Positions 54,512 to 64,000 of a stretch of 64,000 bases of DNA are shown piece after piece. The stretch is taken from the IMG/VR virus record IMGVR_UViG_3300037041_001101, positions 985-64,984 of that record. The stretch is one strand, 5' to 3'. This stretch comes from a virus. Taxonomy: Duplodnaviria; Caudoviricetes. The position numbers and the translations under genes were made by a program. Position 1 is the first letter of the stretch. Each line of letters opens with the position of its first letter. The notes beneath the pieces are model-generated. The model had not been told where the DNA came from, searched no databases, and worked only from the letters and a program-made list of their open reading frames with translations.

Positions 54512-56140
54512 ATGTTAGTAACAGCAGCAGCAGCGTTAGGGGCAACAGCAGCAGCCTCACTTGTAAGTGCAGGAACTTTAGGTTTGACAGCCGGTGCTAT
54601 TGGCGCTGTTGGATCTGCTGTTGGCGGGGGATTGGCAGCGGGCGCGATTGGAGCAGGGCTTGGTGCAGGAACAGCTGCTCTTACTGGAGGTGATGTTGGC
54701 AAGGGTGCGCTGATGGGCGGTGTTGGTGGAGCTCTTACTGGAGGGCTTGCTAGTGGTATTGGCGCTGCTGGAGGTGCTGCTGCCGCTGGTACTGGTGCTT
54801 CTACTGCTATCGGTGCTGGTTCTGGGGCTGCTGGAGGAGCTGCTGCTGCTGCCGCTGGGGGTGAAGATCCTTTAAAAGGTGCGCTGATGGGTGGGGTTGC
54901 TGGTGGTATTGGTGGTTATGCTAAAGGAATAGATAGTGTTGCTACTCCGGCAGCAGATACAGGTGTTTCCAAGATGGCTAATCAAACGGTCATCGGTGTA
55001 AAAAACCCATCTATGGGATATGGTAGTTTGCCAAACTCACCTGCAATCACAAATGCTCCACCTGCGAGCATGATGTCTTCTGTTGGTGAAGCTCCGGTTT
55101 ATGGTTCTTTACCTCAATCTAATTTAGCAAATGTTAACCCAAATATGTCAGGACTCCCTGCGGCATATACTCCTACACCTGTCGCTTCAGCAACACCATC
55201 CTTGGCATCAACAAGTTCTGGATATTTACAAAAAGGTATCGATCTAATCAAAGAACACCCTGCTGAAGCCATGCAGATCGGTGGTGCAGGTATTAATATG
55301 CTCAGTACACCACAAAATCAGCAGTTTCCACAAGGGCAACCTATTAATACGACTAACTACCTGTCACCTAACTTTCAACGCTATGAGGCTACACCTACAT
55401 ACGCTGATGGTGGTTCTGTTGGTTATGAGCCTTCTGTTACTATGTATGGCGGTGCAGCGGATGGTTATGCGGATGGCGGTATGTTAGGAGGAATGCCTGG
55501 CGCTGGTATGGTTAAAGGTATATACAATGCGGGTATTGGTGGATCTGTTGCACCTGGTTTAAAAAACACATTATTCGGTAAAGATGAGACCGATACTCAA
55601 ATGCAACAAGCGCAACCTCAACAAGCGCCTCAACAAGCGCCACAAGGTCCGATGAACCCTATTGTTGCTAAAGCCATGGCTGCAACACAACAAGTACAAC
55701 AAGCCGAACAAGCGCAACAAGCGCAACAAATTCAACCCGTGCAAGCACAACCACAAGCGCAACCCATTACTCCATCCATGGGTATAGCACAACCACAAAT
55801 CCAACCTGTAGGGATGGCAAGTGGCGGTATCACAGATGGTTATAATTTAGGTGGTTACGCACATGGTGGGATTCCTCGGTTGTTGAGCGGTGAAGGCGAT
55901 GGTGTTGATGACCAAATACCAGCGACTATAGGTGAAGATGGAAAACAACCCGCAAGACTCGCTAACAACGAGTTCGTCATTCCTGCGAGGGCAGTGTCTG
56001 AGTTAGGTAATGGATCTTCAGAAGCTGGTGGAAAAATATTACAACAAATGGTTGATAGAGTTCAAGCTCGAAGAGCAAAGACTATAGGTAAAGGTAAGAT
56101 TGCTGTAAACAGTAAAGCTGTTAAAGATCTACCAGCATGA
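54512..56140 (+). CDS. Internal virion/ejection protein
   Basis: Gly/Ala-rich hydrophobic N-terminus, Q/P-rich linker, four xAxGG motifs, GDG..D.IPA..ARLA..EFV.PA domain. Confidence 0.7.
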   Translation: MLVTAAAALGATAAASLVSAGTLGLTAGAIGAVGSAVGGGLAAGAIGAGLGAGTAALTGGDVGKGALMGGVGGALTGGLASGIGAAGGAAAAGTGASTAIGAGSGAAGGAAAAAAGGEDPLKGALMGGVAGGIGGYAKGIDSVATPAADTGVSKMANQTVIGVKNPSMGYGSLPNSPAITNAPPASMMSSVGEAPVYGSLPQSNLANVNPNMSGLPAAYTPTPVASATPSLASTSSGYLQKGIDLIKEHPAEAMQIGGAGINMLSTPQNQQFPQGQPINTTNYLSPNFQRYEATPTYADGGSVGYEPSVTMYGGAADGYADGGMLGGMPGAGMVKGIYNAGIGGSVAPGLKNTLFGKDETDTQMQQAQPQQAPQQAPQGPMNPIVAKAMAATQQVQQAEQAQQAQQIQPVQAQPQAQPITPSMGIAQPQIQPVGMASGGITDGYNLGGYAHGGIPRLLSGEGDGVDDQIPATIGEDGKQPARLANNEFVIPARAVSELGNGSSEAGGKILQQMVDRVQARRAKTIGKGKIAVNSKAVKDLPA

Positions 56141-56826
56141 AAATGATATCTTTGAAAGAAGCAAAAGAACAAGGTTTACATGTTTATTACACTGGAAAAA
56201 TATGCGTACATGGACACATAACATATAGATATGTAAAAGATAGAAGGTGTTCTGATTGTGCAAAAATAAAGCAACAAAACTATGTTGCTAATAATAGGGA
56301 TAAGATTACAATTAGAAATTCTACTAATTGGGCAAATAGAACAGAAACAGAAAAATTAAAAATTAACAAATACAGAAGGCAGTATTATGTTGAAACAAAA
56401 AATGTAAGATTGGCTGAAAAGAAAAAGGCGTATGAAAAATTAAAGTTAAACCCTATATGGGTTACAAATAAAAACGAAAAAACAAAATTATACAGAGCTA
56501 ATCATGATAGAAAAAAATATCCGGTGTCTGAACAAAAATGGAGGTTGGCAAATATAGGCGTTTTAAACGCTCATCGCACAAAAGGAAGGGTTGCAAAACT
56601 ACATCGAACTCCAAAATGGACTACTGAAAAAGATTTGAAAGCGATTCAACATATCTATATTTTAGCTAATGATTTTTCAAAAGCTTTTAATGTTAAATAT
56701 CACGTTGACCATATTATACCACTACAAGGAAAATTAGTATCTGGTCTACATGTTCCGGGCAATTTGCAAATAATACCCGCAACGGATAATTTGAAAAAAA
56801 ATAATAAGTTTGAGGTTAGTGCATGA
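56137..56826 (+). CDS. Free-standing HNH endonuclease, paralog of 35261-35842
   Basis: YYTG..C.HGH..C..C; TPKW; VDHIIPL.GKLVSGLHVP.NL; AT-rich; ATGA overlaps at both ends. Confidence 0.9.
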   Translation: MKMISLKEAKEQGLHVYYTGKICVHGHITYRYVKDRRCSDCAKIKQQNYVANNRDKITIRNSTNWANRTETEKLKINKYRRQYYVETKNVRLAEKKKAYEKLKLNPIWVTNKNEKTKLYRANHDRKKYPVSEQKWRLANIGVLNAHRTKGRVAKLHRTPKWTTEKDLKAIQHIYILANDFSKAFNVKYHVDHIIPLQGKLVSGLHVPGNLQIIPATDNLKKNNKFEVSA

Positions 56827-57242
56827 TAACAATACAGCATGTAGAACCGATGTACGTACAACAGGTTTGGCCTATGGTCGAACCTTGGTTAATACCTGTC
56901 TTTGATAAGAGTGATTTGAACAAGTATTATACAATAGATAACTTAAAAGAGTATCTGTTGCGCGGTGAGCAAACCCTACTTGTAGCAGTTGATGAAGACG
57001 CTGTTATACAAGGTGTTTGTGCGATACAATGGTTGAATATGCCTAGTGCTAGAATTGCTTATATAACAGCAATAGGTGGAAGATTAATAACCTCTAAAGA
57101 GAACCATAATATCCTTATCGATTGGGTTCGTGCTTGTGGTGGTACACGTATTGAATGGTCTGCTAGAGAATCTATAGTTAGACTTTGTAAAAACAAATTA
57201 GGGTACACCCCAAGACAAATCACGATGGAGTTTCAATTATGA
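56823..57242 (+). CDS. GNAT-like protein (P22 gp14 / T7 gp13 position)
   Basis: V.Q.WP.V, A.ITAIGG, G.T.IE..ARES..RL; precedes ejection gene. Confidence 0.6.
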   Translation: MITIQHVEPMYVQQVWPMVEPWLIPVFDKSDLNKYYTIDNLKEYLLRGEQTLLVAVDEDAVIQGVCAIQWLNMPSARIAYITAIGGRLITSKENHNILIDWVRACGGTRIEWSARESIVRLCKNKLGYTPRQITMEFQL

Positions 57243-60200
57243 TATTCAAACTAAGCAATCTTCCTAAATTCTTTTTCACTTACATTTGCCCCACTTTCTA
57301 TGGTGGTAGCGCACCTGCTACGCCTTCGACCACTACTCAAAACATAAACAGCATCCCTCCAGAGTTGATGCCTTATGTGTTGGGCAATCTGCAAGCGGCT
57401 AAAGGACAACTCTTTAAGACTGATGCAAGTGGACAGATCACAGGTTATCAAGATTACAAACCTTATAGCACTGATCCTAACAAATACGTAGCGGGTTTCA
57501 GCGCACTGCAAAAGCAAGCGCAACAAGGTGCTGGCGCATTAAAAATGCCCGGTCAGTTCGCCACTGCTACCGGTATGGCTACCTCTGCTGGTCAAGGTGC
57601 GTTAGGTGCTGGCGATCAGTACAATCAGATGGCGACAGACCCAGGATCTATGTCTCAATGGATGAGTCCTTACATGGAGAATGTGGTTGACTATCAAACA
57701 CAGCAAGCTAATCGGCAGTACGATATATCAGGTGCTGCTCAAATGGGTAACGCTGCACGTTCTGGTGCGTTTGGGGGTAGTCGTGATGCGATTATGGCTG
57801 CTGAAAATGCACGGAACCGTAACCAAGCGATCACGGGTATACAAGCAACCGGTGCTCAAACCGCATGGCAAGATGCCAGACAAGCACAACAGTTCGGTGC
57901 CAACTTAGGCCTGCAAGGTTATCAAACCGCCATACAAGGATCACAACAGTTAGGTAATTTGGGTACGCAACAACTTGCTGCTCAGACTGACATCTTAGGC
58001 ACTAAGAGTAAGTATGGTGCTGAAGTACAAGGAAGAAACCAAGCGTTGATCGATCAACGTATTAAGAACTTTGAGAACCAACAAAACCAACCCTACCGTG
58101 CAATGGATGTCATGTCTGGTTTGGTACGTGGTATACCTATTAACCAGTCTTCAAGCACTGCTTATGCGGCTAACCCTAGTTACGGTCAACAGATCGGATC
58201 GACTATCGGTGCGTTGGGTAGCATGTACGGTGCATATAAAGGTAAAGCGAATGGTGGTATTGTCCAAGCGTATGCAGATGGTGGATCTGTTGAGCAAGGT
58301 ATTAAGTCTAAACTACGTGATATGTCGCCTGAACAACTGCGAGCGCACATTCCTGAGATTACCAGTCAAGAAGAACTGAGCATCGCCAAAAAGATCCTCG
58401 CTGAAGAAACGATGTCACAATACGCAAGAGGCGGTATTGTTGGTTATGCTGAAGGCGGGCAATTGGGTTGGAGAGAACAACTCGAATCGACTCAGCAAGA
58501 AATGAAAGCGAATGATTATAAATTACACGGCTGGACAGATGAGGATATTGCAAATTATGAGTCTTCCGGTCGCGTTCCTTTAGACCCTAAAAAACAACTT
58601 GCGCTTAGAGATGTTGAACCTGCTCCGAGAATCCCTTTAGATAAAGATACTTATTATAGGCGACTTCAAGAAATAGGTCGAAGAGTTCCTGAAGAAAAGG
58701 TTATTCGTCTTCCTGATGAAAATGCGGTTAAGTCTGAGCCTTTTAAAAACGTAGGTGCTGATAAAGGTATCACAGGTTACCGTCCACCAGCAGAAGAGTA
58801 TGTGCCACCTAAGTTTGGTGGAAACTTAGAATCACCTGCTGTAGAAGGCGAGTATTTAGGTAAAGAAATACCCAGTTCGAGTGCGCCTTCAAGCACAGCA
58901 CAACAAGAACCTATTTCTGGTGAGAAAGGAAATTTAAAATACGGTGAGTTTACAGAGAAAGAATACGCTGAACGTATGAAAGCTCGCGCAGATGCGATGA
59001 GTGGAACACAACGCCCAATGAACGCAGGACAAGCCAGAGAAGACATATTAAACAAGGCAAAAGCTGGCGAAAGTTTTTCACCTAAAGAAGGTGTTGCAGG
59101 ACCGTCTCCTGAAGCACCTGTCGGAAAAGACTCTTGGAAAGCGCCTGCCGGAGAAAGTCCTGTTGGAAAGAACATCGCCAAAGGGATTACTTCTGTAAAA
59201 GGAGCAATGAAAGATCTAGCTAAAGGAGCAGGAAAAGTTTTACTTGCTCCTGAAAACATAGCGATGATGGGTTCAGATATCAATGCTCAAAGATTTGAAG
59301 AGTCTTTAGCTAAAGGGGATAAAGGTGCAACATCAACAGCGTTAAGTGCAATTCTTGGTTCACCACAAGTTGTGCAAAATCTTTTAAAACATGGTACTGG
59401 TGGTGATCTAGGTGAACAGTTTAGAAAACAAAACCCAGCATTAGCATCCGCAATTGATGAAGCTGGTGATAGTGTTGCTGAAAGATATCAAGTTCTAAAA
59501 CAATGGATGACCACACCTATTGTAGGCCGTGAGGAAAAACCTGAAGCAACTGGTTTAGCACAAACTACTGCTGATCAATTTGTAGCACCTGAAAAGAAAG
59601 GTTTAGAAACAATATCTGATATGGGTGCACCTACACCATCTGCTGGACCTAGAGTTGGTTTAGGGCAAACTGCACAAGCACAAGAAGGAAAAGTTTACCC
59701 ACAAGAGATAAGCAAGGTCTACAGAGAAAAGGGTCTTGACTTACCTGTACAATCTACAGCGTATCAACCTGCTGAAGAGGCTGCTCAACCTGTGGCACAA
59801 CAAGCGCCTGTCGATGACGGTCTTAGCGAAGATCGAGCAACTGCTGCTAAAACACCTTTGCAAATCCTGCAAGAGCGTCAAGCTGAGATGGAGAAAGCCG
59901 GTATTCGATCCTCCGATCAGATCTCTGCTGAACAACGAAAAGAGATTATGGCTGAGAAAGCGAATGCGCAAGATGAGAGCAAACGCCAAATGTATTTACG
60001 TATGGCTGAGTTCTTCTCTAACTGGGGATCTACACCAGGCTTACCGCTAGTCGCTGGTCTAAAAGCAATGAAAGAAACACTACCTAGCGTTATGTCTGAC
60101 AGCAAAGAAGACCACGCTGTGATGCGTAGCATTAACAAATCTTTACGTGATCTTGAACATGCGACCGAACTTGAAAAAGCCGGTAAGTATAACGAAGCGT

Positions 60201-60694
60201 ATGCAATCAAGGAACAAGCCTCTGAACGTATTCGCAAACACGATGAGCATGTTGCTGATCTAGGTGCTAGACGTGAAGAGTTGAATAAGACTTTGGAATC
60301 GCATGAAAAGACAGCTAAGATTGCTGCTGGCGCATCTATGTATGGAGCAGATGAACGTGCAAGCAGAGCGGCTACTGGTGATGTAGGAGCTAGATATAAC
60401 GCTTCTCCTGACATAGCATCGTTACGAGATATTCGTGAAGAATTAAAAGGTATAGATGCAAAAATAGAAGATGTTTCAGGATCTAAATCACCTGAAGATG
60501 TTGCTATGCTTAAAGAATTACAAGCTACGAAAAAAGAATTGTTGGATGAAAAGGTGATAGTGAAAAACAGAATGGATAGCAGGGGCATGAGTGAGTATGC
60601 TTCTACCAAAAACCCTTCACCAAGAGTCAATAAAAACTTATCGACTATGAGTCAAGAAGAAAGGTTTGCACAGCAATCTAAATTAGGTAAATAA
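57239..60694 (+). CDS. Large internal virion/ejection protein
   Basis: Leader then GG/T-rich start, MSPYM.NV, GAFGGSR, four xAxGG motifs, coiled coils. Confidence 0.75.
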   Translation: MIFKLSNLPKFFFTYICPTFYGGSAPATPSTTTQNINSIPPELMPYVLGNLQAAKGQLFKTDASGQITGYQDYKPYSTDPNKYVAGFSALQKQAQQGAGALKMPGQFATATGMATSAGQGALGAGDQYNQMATDPGSMSQWMSPYMENVVDYQTQQANRQYDISGAAQMGNAARSGAFGGSRDAIMAAENARNRNQAITGIQATGAQTAWQDARQAQQFGANLGLQGYQTAIQGSQQLGNLGTQQLAAQTDILGTKSKYGAEVQGRNQALIDQRIKNFENQQNQPYRAMDVMSGLVRGIPINQSSSTAYAANPSYGQQIGSTIGALGSMYGAYKGKANGGIVQAYADGGSVEQGIKSKLRDMSPEQLRAHIPEITSQEELSIAKKILAEETMSQYARGGIVGYAEGGQLGWREQLESTQQEMKANDYKLHGWTDEDIANYESSGRVPLDPKKQLALRDVEPAPRIPLDKDTYYRRLQEIGRRVPEEKVIRLPDENAVKSEPFKNVGADKGITGYRPPAEEYVPPKFGGNLESPAVEGEYLGKEIPSSSAPSSTAQQEPISGEKGNLKYGEFTEKEYAERMKARADAMSGTQRPMNAGQAREDILNKAKAGESFSPKEGVAGPSPEAPVGKDSWKAPAGESPVGKNIAKGITSVKGAMKDLAKGAGKVLLAPENIAMMGSDINAQRFEESLAKGDKGATSTALSAILGSPQVVQNLLKHGTGGDLGEQFRKQNPALASAIDEAGDSVAERYQVLKQWMTTPIVGREEKPEATGLAQTTADQFVAPEKKGLETISDMGAPTPSAGPRVGLGQTAQAQEGKVYPQEISKVYREKGLDLPVQSTAYQPAEEAAQPVAQQAPVDDGLSEDRATAAKTPLQILQERQAEMEKAGIRSSDQISAEQRKEIMAEKANAQDESKRQMYLRMAEFFSNWGSTPGLPLVAGLKAMKETLPSVMSDSKEDHAVMRSINKSLRDLEHATELEKAGKYNEAYAIKEQASERIRKHDEHVADLGARREELNKTLESHEKTAKIAAGASMYGADERASRAATGDVGARYNASPDIASLRDIREELKGIDAKIEDVSGSKSPEDVAMLKELQATKKELLDEKVIVKNRMDSRGMSEYASTKNPSPRVNKNLSTMSQEERFAQQSKLGK

Positions 60695-60696
60695 AT

Positions 60697-63600
60697 ATGG
60701 CTACTAGATATGAAGAAAGTTTTCAAACAGCGTCTCAAGAAACAGGTATTCCTTCTAGCCATTTAAAAGCCTTAGCCACACAAGAAACGAATATTAATCA
60801 GATTAATAGTAAACAGAGCAATGCATTAGGGGTTATGCAAATAATCCCTAAGTGGCACCCTGCTTTAGATCCTGAAAGATTAGCTAACGACCCTGACTAT
60901 AATATCAGGGGTGGCGCAGCCTATTTGGCAGATCTTATAGAAAAAACTGATCCTGATCTACCTTACGATGATCGTTTTGGATTGGCGTTAGAAAATTATT
61001 ATGGAAGTAAAAACCCTGCTAAGAATGCTGAATATGCGCAAAGCGTTCTTAGTAAAATAGGAAACGCACCTGAAGTAGAACCTGATAATTATTTATTACC
61101 GGGCGAAGAGAATGCTTATAACGAATGGTTAGCAAAACAACCTGCTACCGAAGAAACACCTGAAAGCTATCTCTTACCAGGTGAAGAAGATGCTTATAAC
61201 GAATGGTTGGCAAAACAAGGCGAACCTGTACAAGAGGATCGTACAGCAAAGCAAGTGGGTTCTGATATTTTAACCACTGCTGGGAAAGGTATTATCGGTG
61301 TTCCACAATCACTTGTTGGTTTAGCTGATATCCCTACGGGTGGTAAAGTTGGTAAGTACCTTGAAGAGAAAGGGTACAACTTCGAGAAGATGCAAAAGGA
61401 GTTAAGCGAACAATACTCTCCTCAGCAAAAAGAAGATATCAAAGCTTTGCAAGAAGCGAGTGGTGTAGCAGATAATCTTAAGGCCGCATGGGAGCACCCT
61501 GAGGCGGTTGCCTCTATGGTAGGTGAATCAATACCTTCTATTTTTGCTGGTGGTATGTTTGGTAAAGCGGCTAAGGCTGCGGGACTTGTTAAGTCTACAG
61601 CAGGTGCGGCAGGTTTAGGTGAAGCTCTGGTTGCTGGTGGGCAAAGTGCGGAAGACATACGTGTACAGTCACCAGATAGAGAACTCTCAACAAAAGGATC
61701 ACTCTCAGCACTCGGTGCTGGTGCAGCGACAGGTGTGTTGGGTTTTGTCGGTAGTAAAGCAACGTCTGCGCTAGGTGGTATTGATGTCGATACGCTATTA
61801 GTGGGTGGAGCAAGACGAGCGATCAGTAAAAAAGTGGGCGAAGAGGCTGCCAAAACACCAGGTGTGTTTAGACGTGTGTTAACCTCTGCGTTTGGTGAAG
61901 GCATATTGGAAGAAGCAACTCAGTCTGCTCAAGAAAAGATGTGGCAAAACTACGCGACTGACAAACCCTTAATGGAAGGTGTAGAAGACGCTGCCACTAA
62001 AGGTGCGATCTTAGGTTCTGTTACCGGTGCAGCTGTTGGTGCGTTACCAGCTGGTAAAGAAGGTGTTGTTACACCAAGTATCCCTTCACCTGTCGTGCAA
62101 GCACCTGAGTTGTCAGATCGAGAAGAAGAGTATCGCAAATCAAGAGAACTAAAAAGACGATCAAGCGAGATCGAAGCGGCTGGTATACCTACAGAAAGCA
62201 AACTGCACGATGATCTGCTCTCTTTGGATTATAACAAAGCTGAAGATTTAGCCACTGCTAAAACCTTAGTCGATGAAGCTGCGCAGACTGATGAGTACGA
62301 GGATCTAGACCTTGAGAACTTCGATGAGCATATCGCCAAACACGAAGCCAAACTAGCCGAACAAGCGGCAACACCCGAAGCTGAAGTCGTTACACCCGAA
62401 GCTGAGACTGCTGAAGCTCCTAAATATTCTATCGCTCAAGAAGAATATATGTCTCAACACCGTCCTCCAAGTTTTGAAGACGGTGCTCCTTTGCATGATG
62501 TTACAAAAAACGGAGAGATATATCCTGACGATATTTATACTAACAAAGGTTTGCAATATTATGGTACCGGTCAGGATCAGGCAGATAAAGAAAGTATGCG
62601 TGTCATACATACAACAAAAAACAAACCTGACGCTTTAGTAACAATGTATAGGGCTGTGCCTAAAGACAGCGATATCACTACCATAAACAGTGGTGATTGG
62701 GTTAGCCTTAGTAAAACCTATGCTAAAGAACACGGTGAATCAGCACTTGATGATGACTATAAAATAATATCTAAAAAAGTAAAAGCAAATGAACTGTTTA
62801 CAAATGGCGACTCTATAAACGAGTTTGGTTATTGGGGAGAAAAACCTGTAGAAACCAATCAAACATTCTCCGTAGCCCCTACTGAAAATATCACAGTTCA
62901 TACGGCTGACTCGTTACGAAAAAGCTTAACGCCTGAAATGAAACGACTTGAGGCTACCGGCAAGTTCGTTCTGCATGATACGCAAGACACGTTACCTGGT
63001 ACAGATCACCCTGCTAATGTACAAGGTATGACCACCGCTGATGGTGTTACGCATTATGTTGCTAACAAGCTCAACCCAACCACGCTTCAGAACGTAGCGT
63101 TACACGAAGTCGGTGTGCATACCGGTCTAGAAAAGATGGTAGGTGCTAAAGTTTGGGAGGATGTCAAGAACCAAGCGATGAATAACGAAGGTCCTGAGTT
63201 CGATGCCGCTAGAGCAAGTATCCCAAAAGACACACCTACACATTTACGCGCTGAAGAAGCGTTAGCGTATCTAGTTGAAAACAGCCCGCACTTGCCTTTC
63301 ATACGCAGACTGATTGCATCGGTTCGCAACTGGGCGCGTACCACGTTTGGTACGAACATTAGACTATCTCAAGATGATGCAAGACACTTAGCCACGCAAG
63401 CGTTGCGTAAAGAGTCACGATCTGGAAAAACAACGACTCGTAAAGAAGGCACTGCGTACTCTTTTGCTGGTAAGAAAGCAGTGACTGCAAACAAAACAAG
63501 TCAAGAAGAAGCTTTTCAAAGAGTATTATTTGGTCAAAACCCTGAGACTGTTAGGCAAGATACGGGTTGGCATAAAGGGCATGATGGTAAATGGCGTTTT

Positions 63601-64000
63601 GAAGTTAGTGATAAAGAAGCTTCATTTACAAAAAATGCATTTAAAAAATCGTTGTTTGGAAAAGAAAAGATAAAACCTCTTAAAGATGTTTTACAACACC
63701 CTAAACTTTTTGAAGCGTATCCACAATTGAAAGATATTGCTGTAGATATGGTTATCAATGAAGATTTTATACCTCAAGAAATAAAAGCTGGATATGATAC
63801 TCGTAACAAATCTATAAAAATAAGATCCAATGTTCCTAAAAAAGCACTATCAACCCTGTTGCATGAAATTCAACATGCCATACAAGGTGTGGAAGGATTT
63901 GATCGCGGGGGAAGTGGTTATATGTCCTTAACTAAAAAAGAAAGGGATAGACTTGACTATATAACAGAAAGACATTTGGATCTACAAGGAGAATTGATAA
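60697..64000 (+). CDS. Giant polyvalent/ejection protein, 3'-truncated (not in ORF track)
   Basis: Segments translated in one frame from ATG 60697 to window end: SLT motifs (QET, GVMQI, NI.GGA.YL), YRAVP..GDWV..YA domain, LHEVGVH, TGW..G.DGKWRFE (LPD23-like), LHEIQH. Confidence 0.85.
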   Translation, partial: MATRYEESFQTASQETGIPSSHLKALATQETNINQINSKQSNALGVMQIIPKWHPALDPERLANDPDYNIRGGAAYLADLIEKTDPDLPYDDRFGLALENYYGSKNPAKNAEYAQSVLSKIGNAPEVEPDNYLLPGEENAYNEWLAKQPATEETPESYLLPGEEDAYNEWLAKQGEPVQEDRTAKQVGSDILTTAGKGIIGVPQSLVGLADIPTGGKVGKYLEEKGYNFEKMQKELSEQYSPQQKEDIKALQEASGVADNLKAAWEHPEAVASMVGESIPSIFAGGMFGKAAKAAGLVKSTAGAAGLGEALVAGGQSAEDIRVQSPDRELSTKGSLSALGAGAATGVLGFVGSKATSALGGIDVDTLLVGGARRAISKKVGEEAAKTPGVFRRVLTSAFGEGILEEATQSAQEKMWQNYATDKPLMEGVEDAATKGAILGSVTGAAVGALPAGKEGVVTPSIPSPVVQAPELSDREEEYRKSRELKRRSSEIEAAGIPTESKLHDDLLSLDYNKAEDLATAKTLVDEAAQTDEYEDLDLENFDEHIAKHEAKLAEQAATPEAEVVTPEAETAEAPKYSIAQEEYMSQHRPPSFEDGAPLHDVTKNGEIYPDDIYTNKGLQYYGTGQDQADKESMRVIHTTKNKPDALVTMYRAVPKDSDITTINSGDWVSLSKTYAKEHGESALDDDYKIISKKVKANELFTNGDSINEFGYWGEKPVETNQTFSVAPTENITVHTADSLRKSLTPEMKRLEATGKFVLHDTQDTLPGTDHPANVQGMTTADGVTHYVANKLNPTTLQNVALHEVGVHTGLEKMVGAKVWEDVKNQAMNNEGPEFDAARASIPKDTPTHLRAEEALAYLVENSPHLPFIRRLIASVRNWARTTFGTNIRLSQDDARHLATQALRKESRSGKTTTRKEGTAYSFAGKKAVTANKTSQEEAFQRVLFGQNPETVRQDTGWHKGHDGKWRFEVSDKEASFTKNAFKKSLFGKEKIKPLKDVLQHPKLFEAYPQLKDIAVDMVINEDFIPQEIKAGYDTRNKSIKIRSNVPKKALSTLLHEIQHAIQGVEGFDRGGSGYMSLTKKERDRLDYITERHLDLQGELI

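Noticed and set aside
54512-60694. Tape-measure protein / long tail
   Set aside because: Context (adaptors, gp10-like nozzle, GNAT) fits podovirus ejection proteins; no tail tube, sheath or chaperone frameshift recognised
63961-64000. Direct circular join of window end to base 1
   Set aside because: Joining puts the two parts of the polyvalent ORF out of frame and there is no terminal overlap; sequence is missing between them
1-64000. tRNA/rRNA genes and alternative genetic code
   Set aside because: No cloverleaf with T-loop consensus noticed by eye (tRNAscan-SE not run); conserved genes read through normally in code 11

Overview
Most of a circularly permuted, tailed dsDNA phage genome with P22-like podovirus architecture (adaptor, nozzle and ejection proteins; no tape measure, sheath or integrase seen). 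Minus-strand early/replication arm (2.3-19.4 kb): ThyX, dCTP deaminase, an array of small modular ORFs, SNF2 helicase, VRR-NUC, a family-B DNA polymerase broken into two genes by a GIY-YIG endonuclease, a Mom-like DNA-modification enzyme, DUF2815 SSB, Rha and DUF2800 exonuclease. Then Cro and primase-helicase, a repeat-rich control region (22.3-26.1 kb; candidate origin and packaging signals), and a plus-strand late arm: TerS, TerL with a class 3 mini-intein, portal, GroES, scaffold, MCP, fibres/spikes, lysis genes, ejection proteins and a giant polyvalent protein that runs off the right edge (its probable C-terminus is at 1-2127). Most notable: the intron-less split polymerase; a fibre ending in a DGR-type variable region with no TR or RT in view; a shared (Y/M/F/K)-(A/K)-x-G-G motif in five late proteins; a pseudoknotted RNA after the MCP/HNH cassette; and a small-ORF array joined by a reused GATGAGTAA stop/start junction. 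All family assignments are by eye from motifs and synteny; no searches were run.
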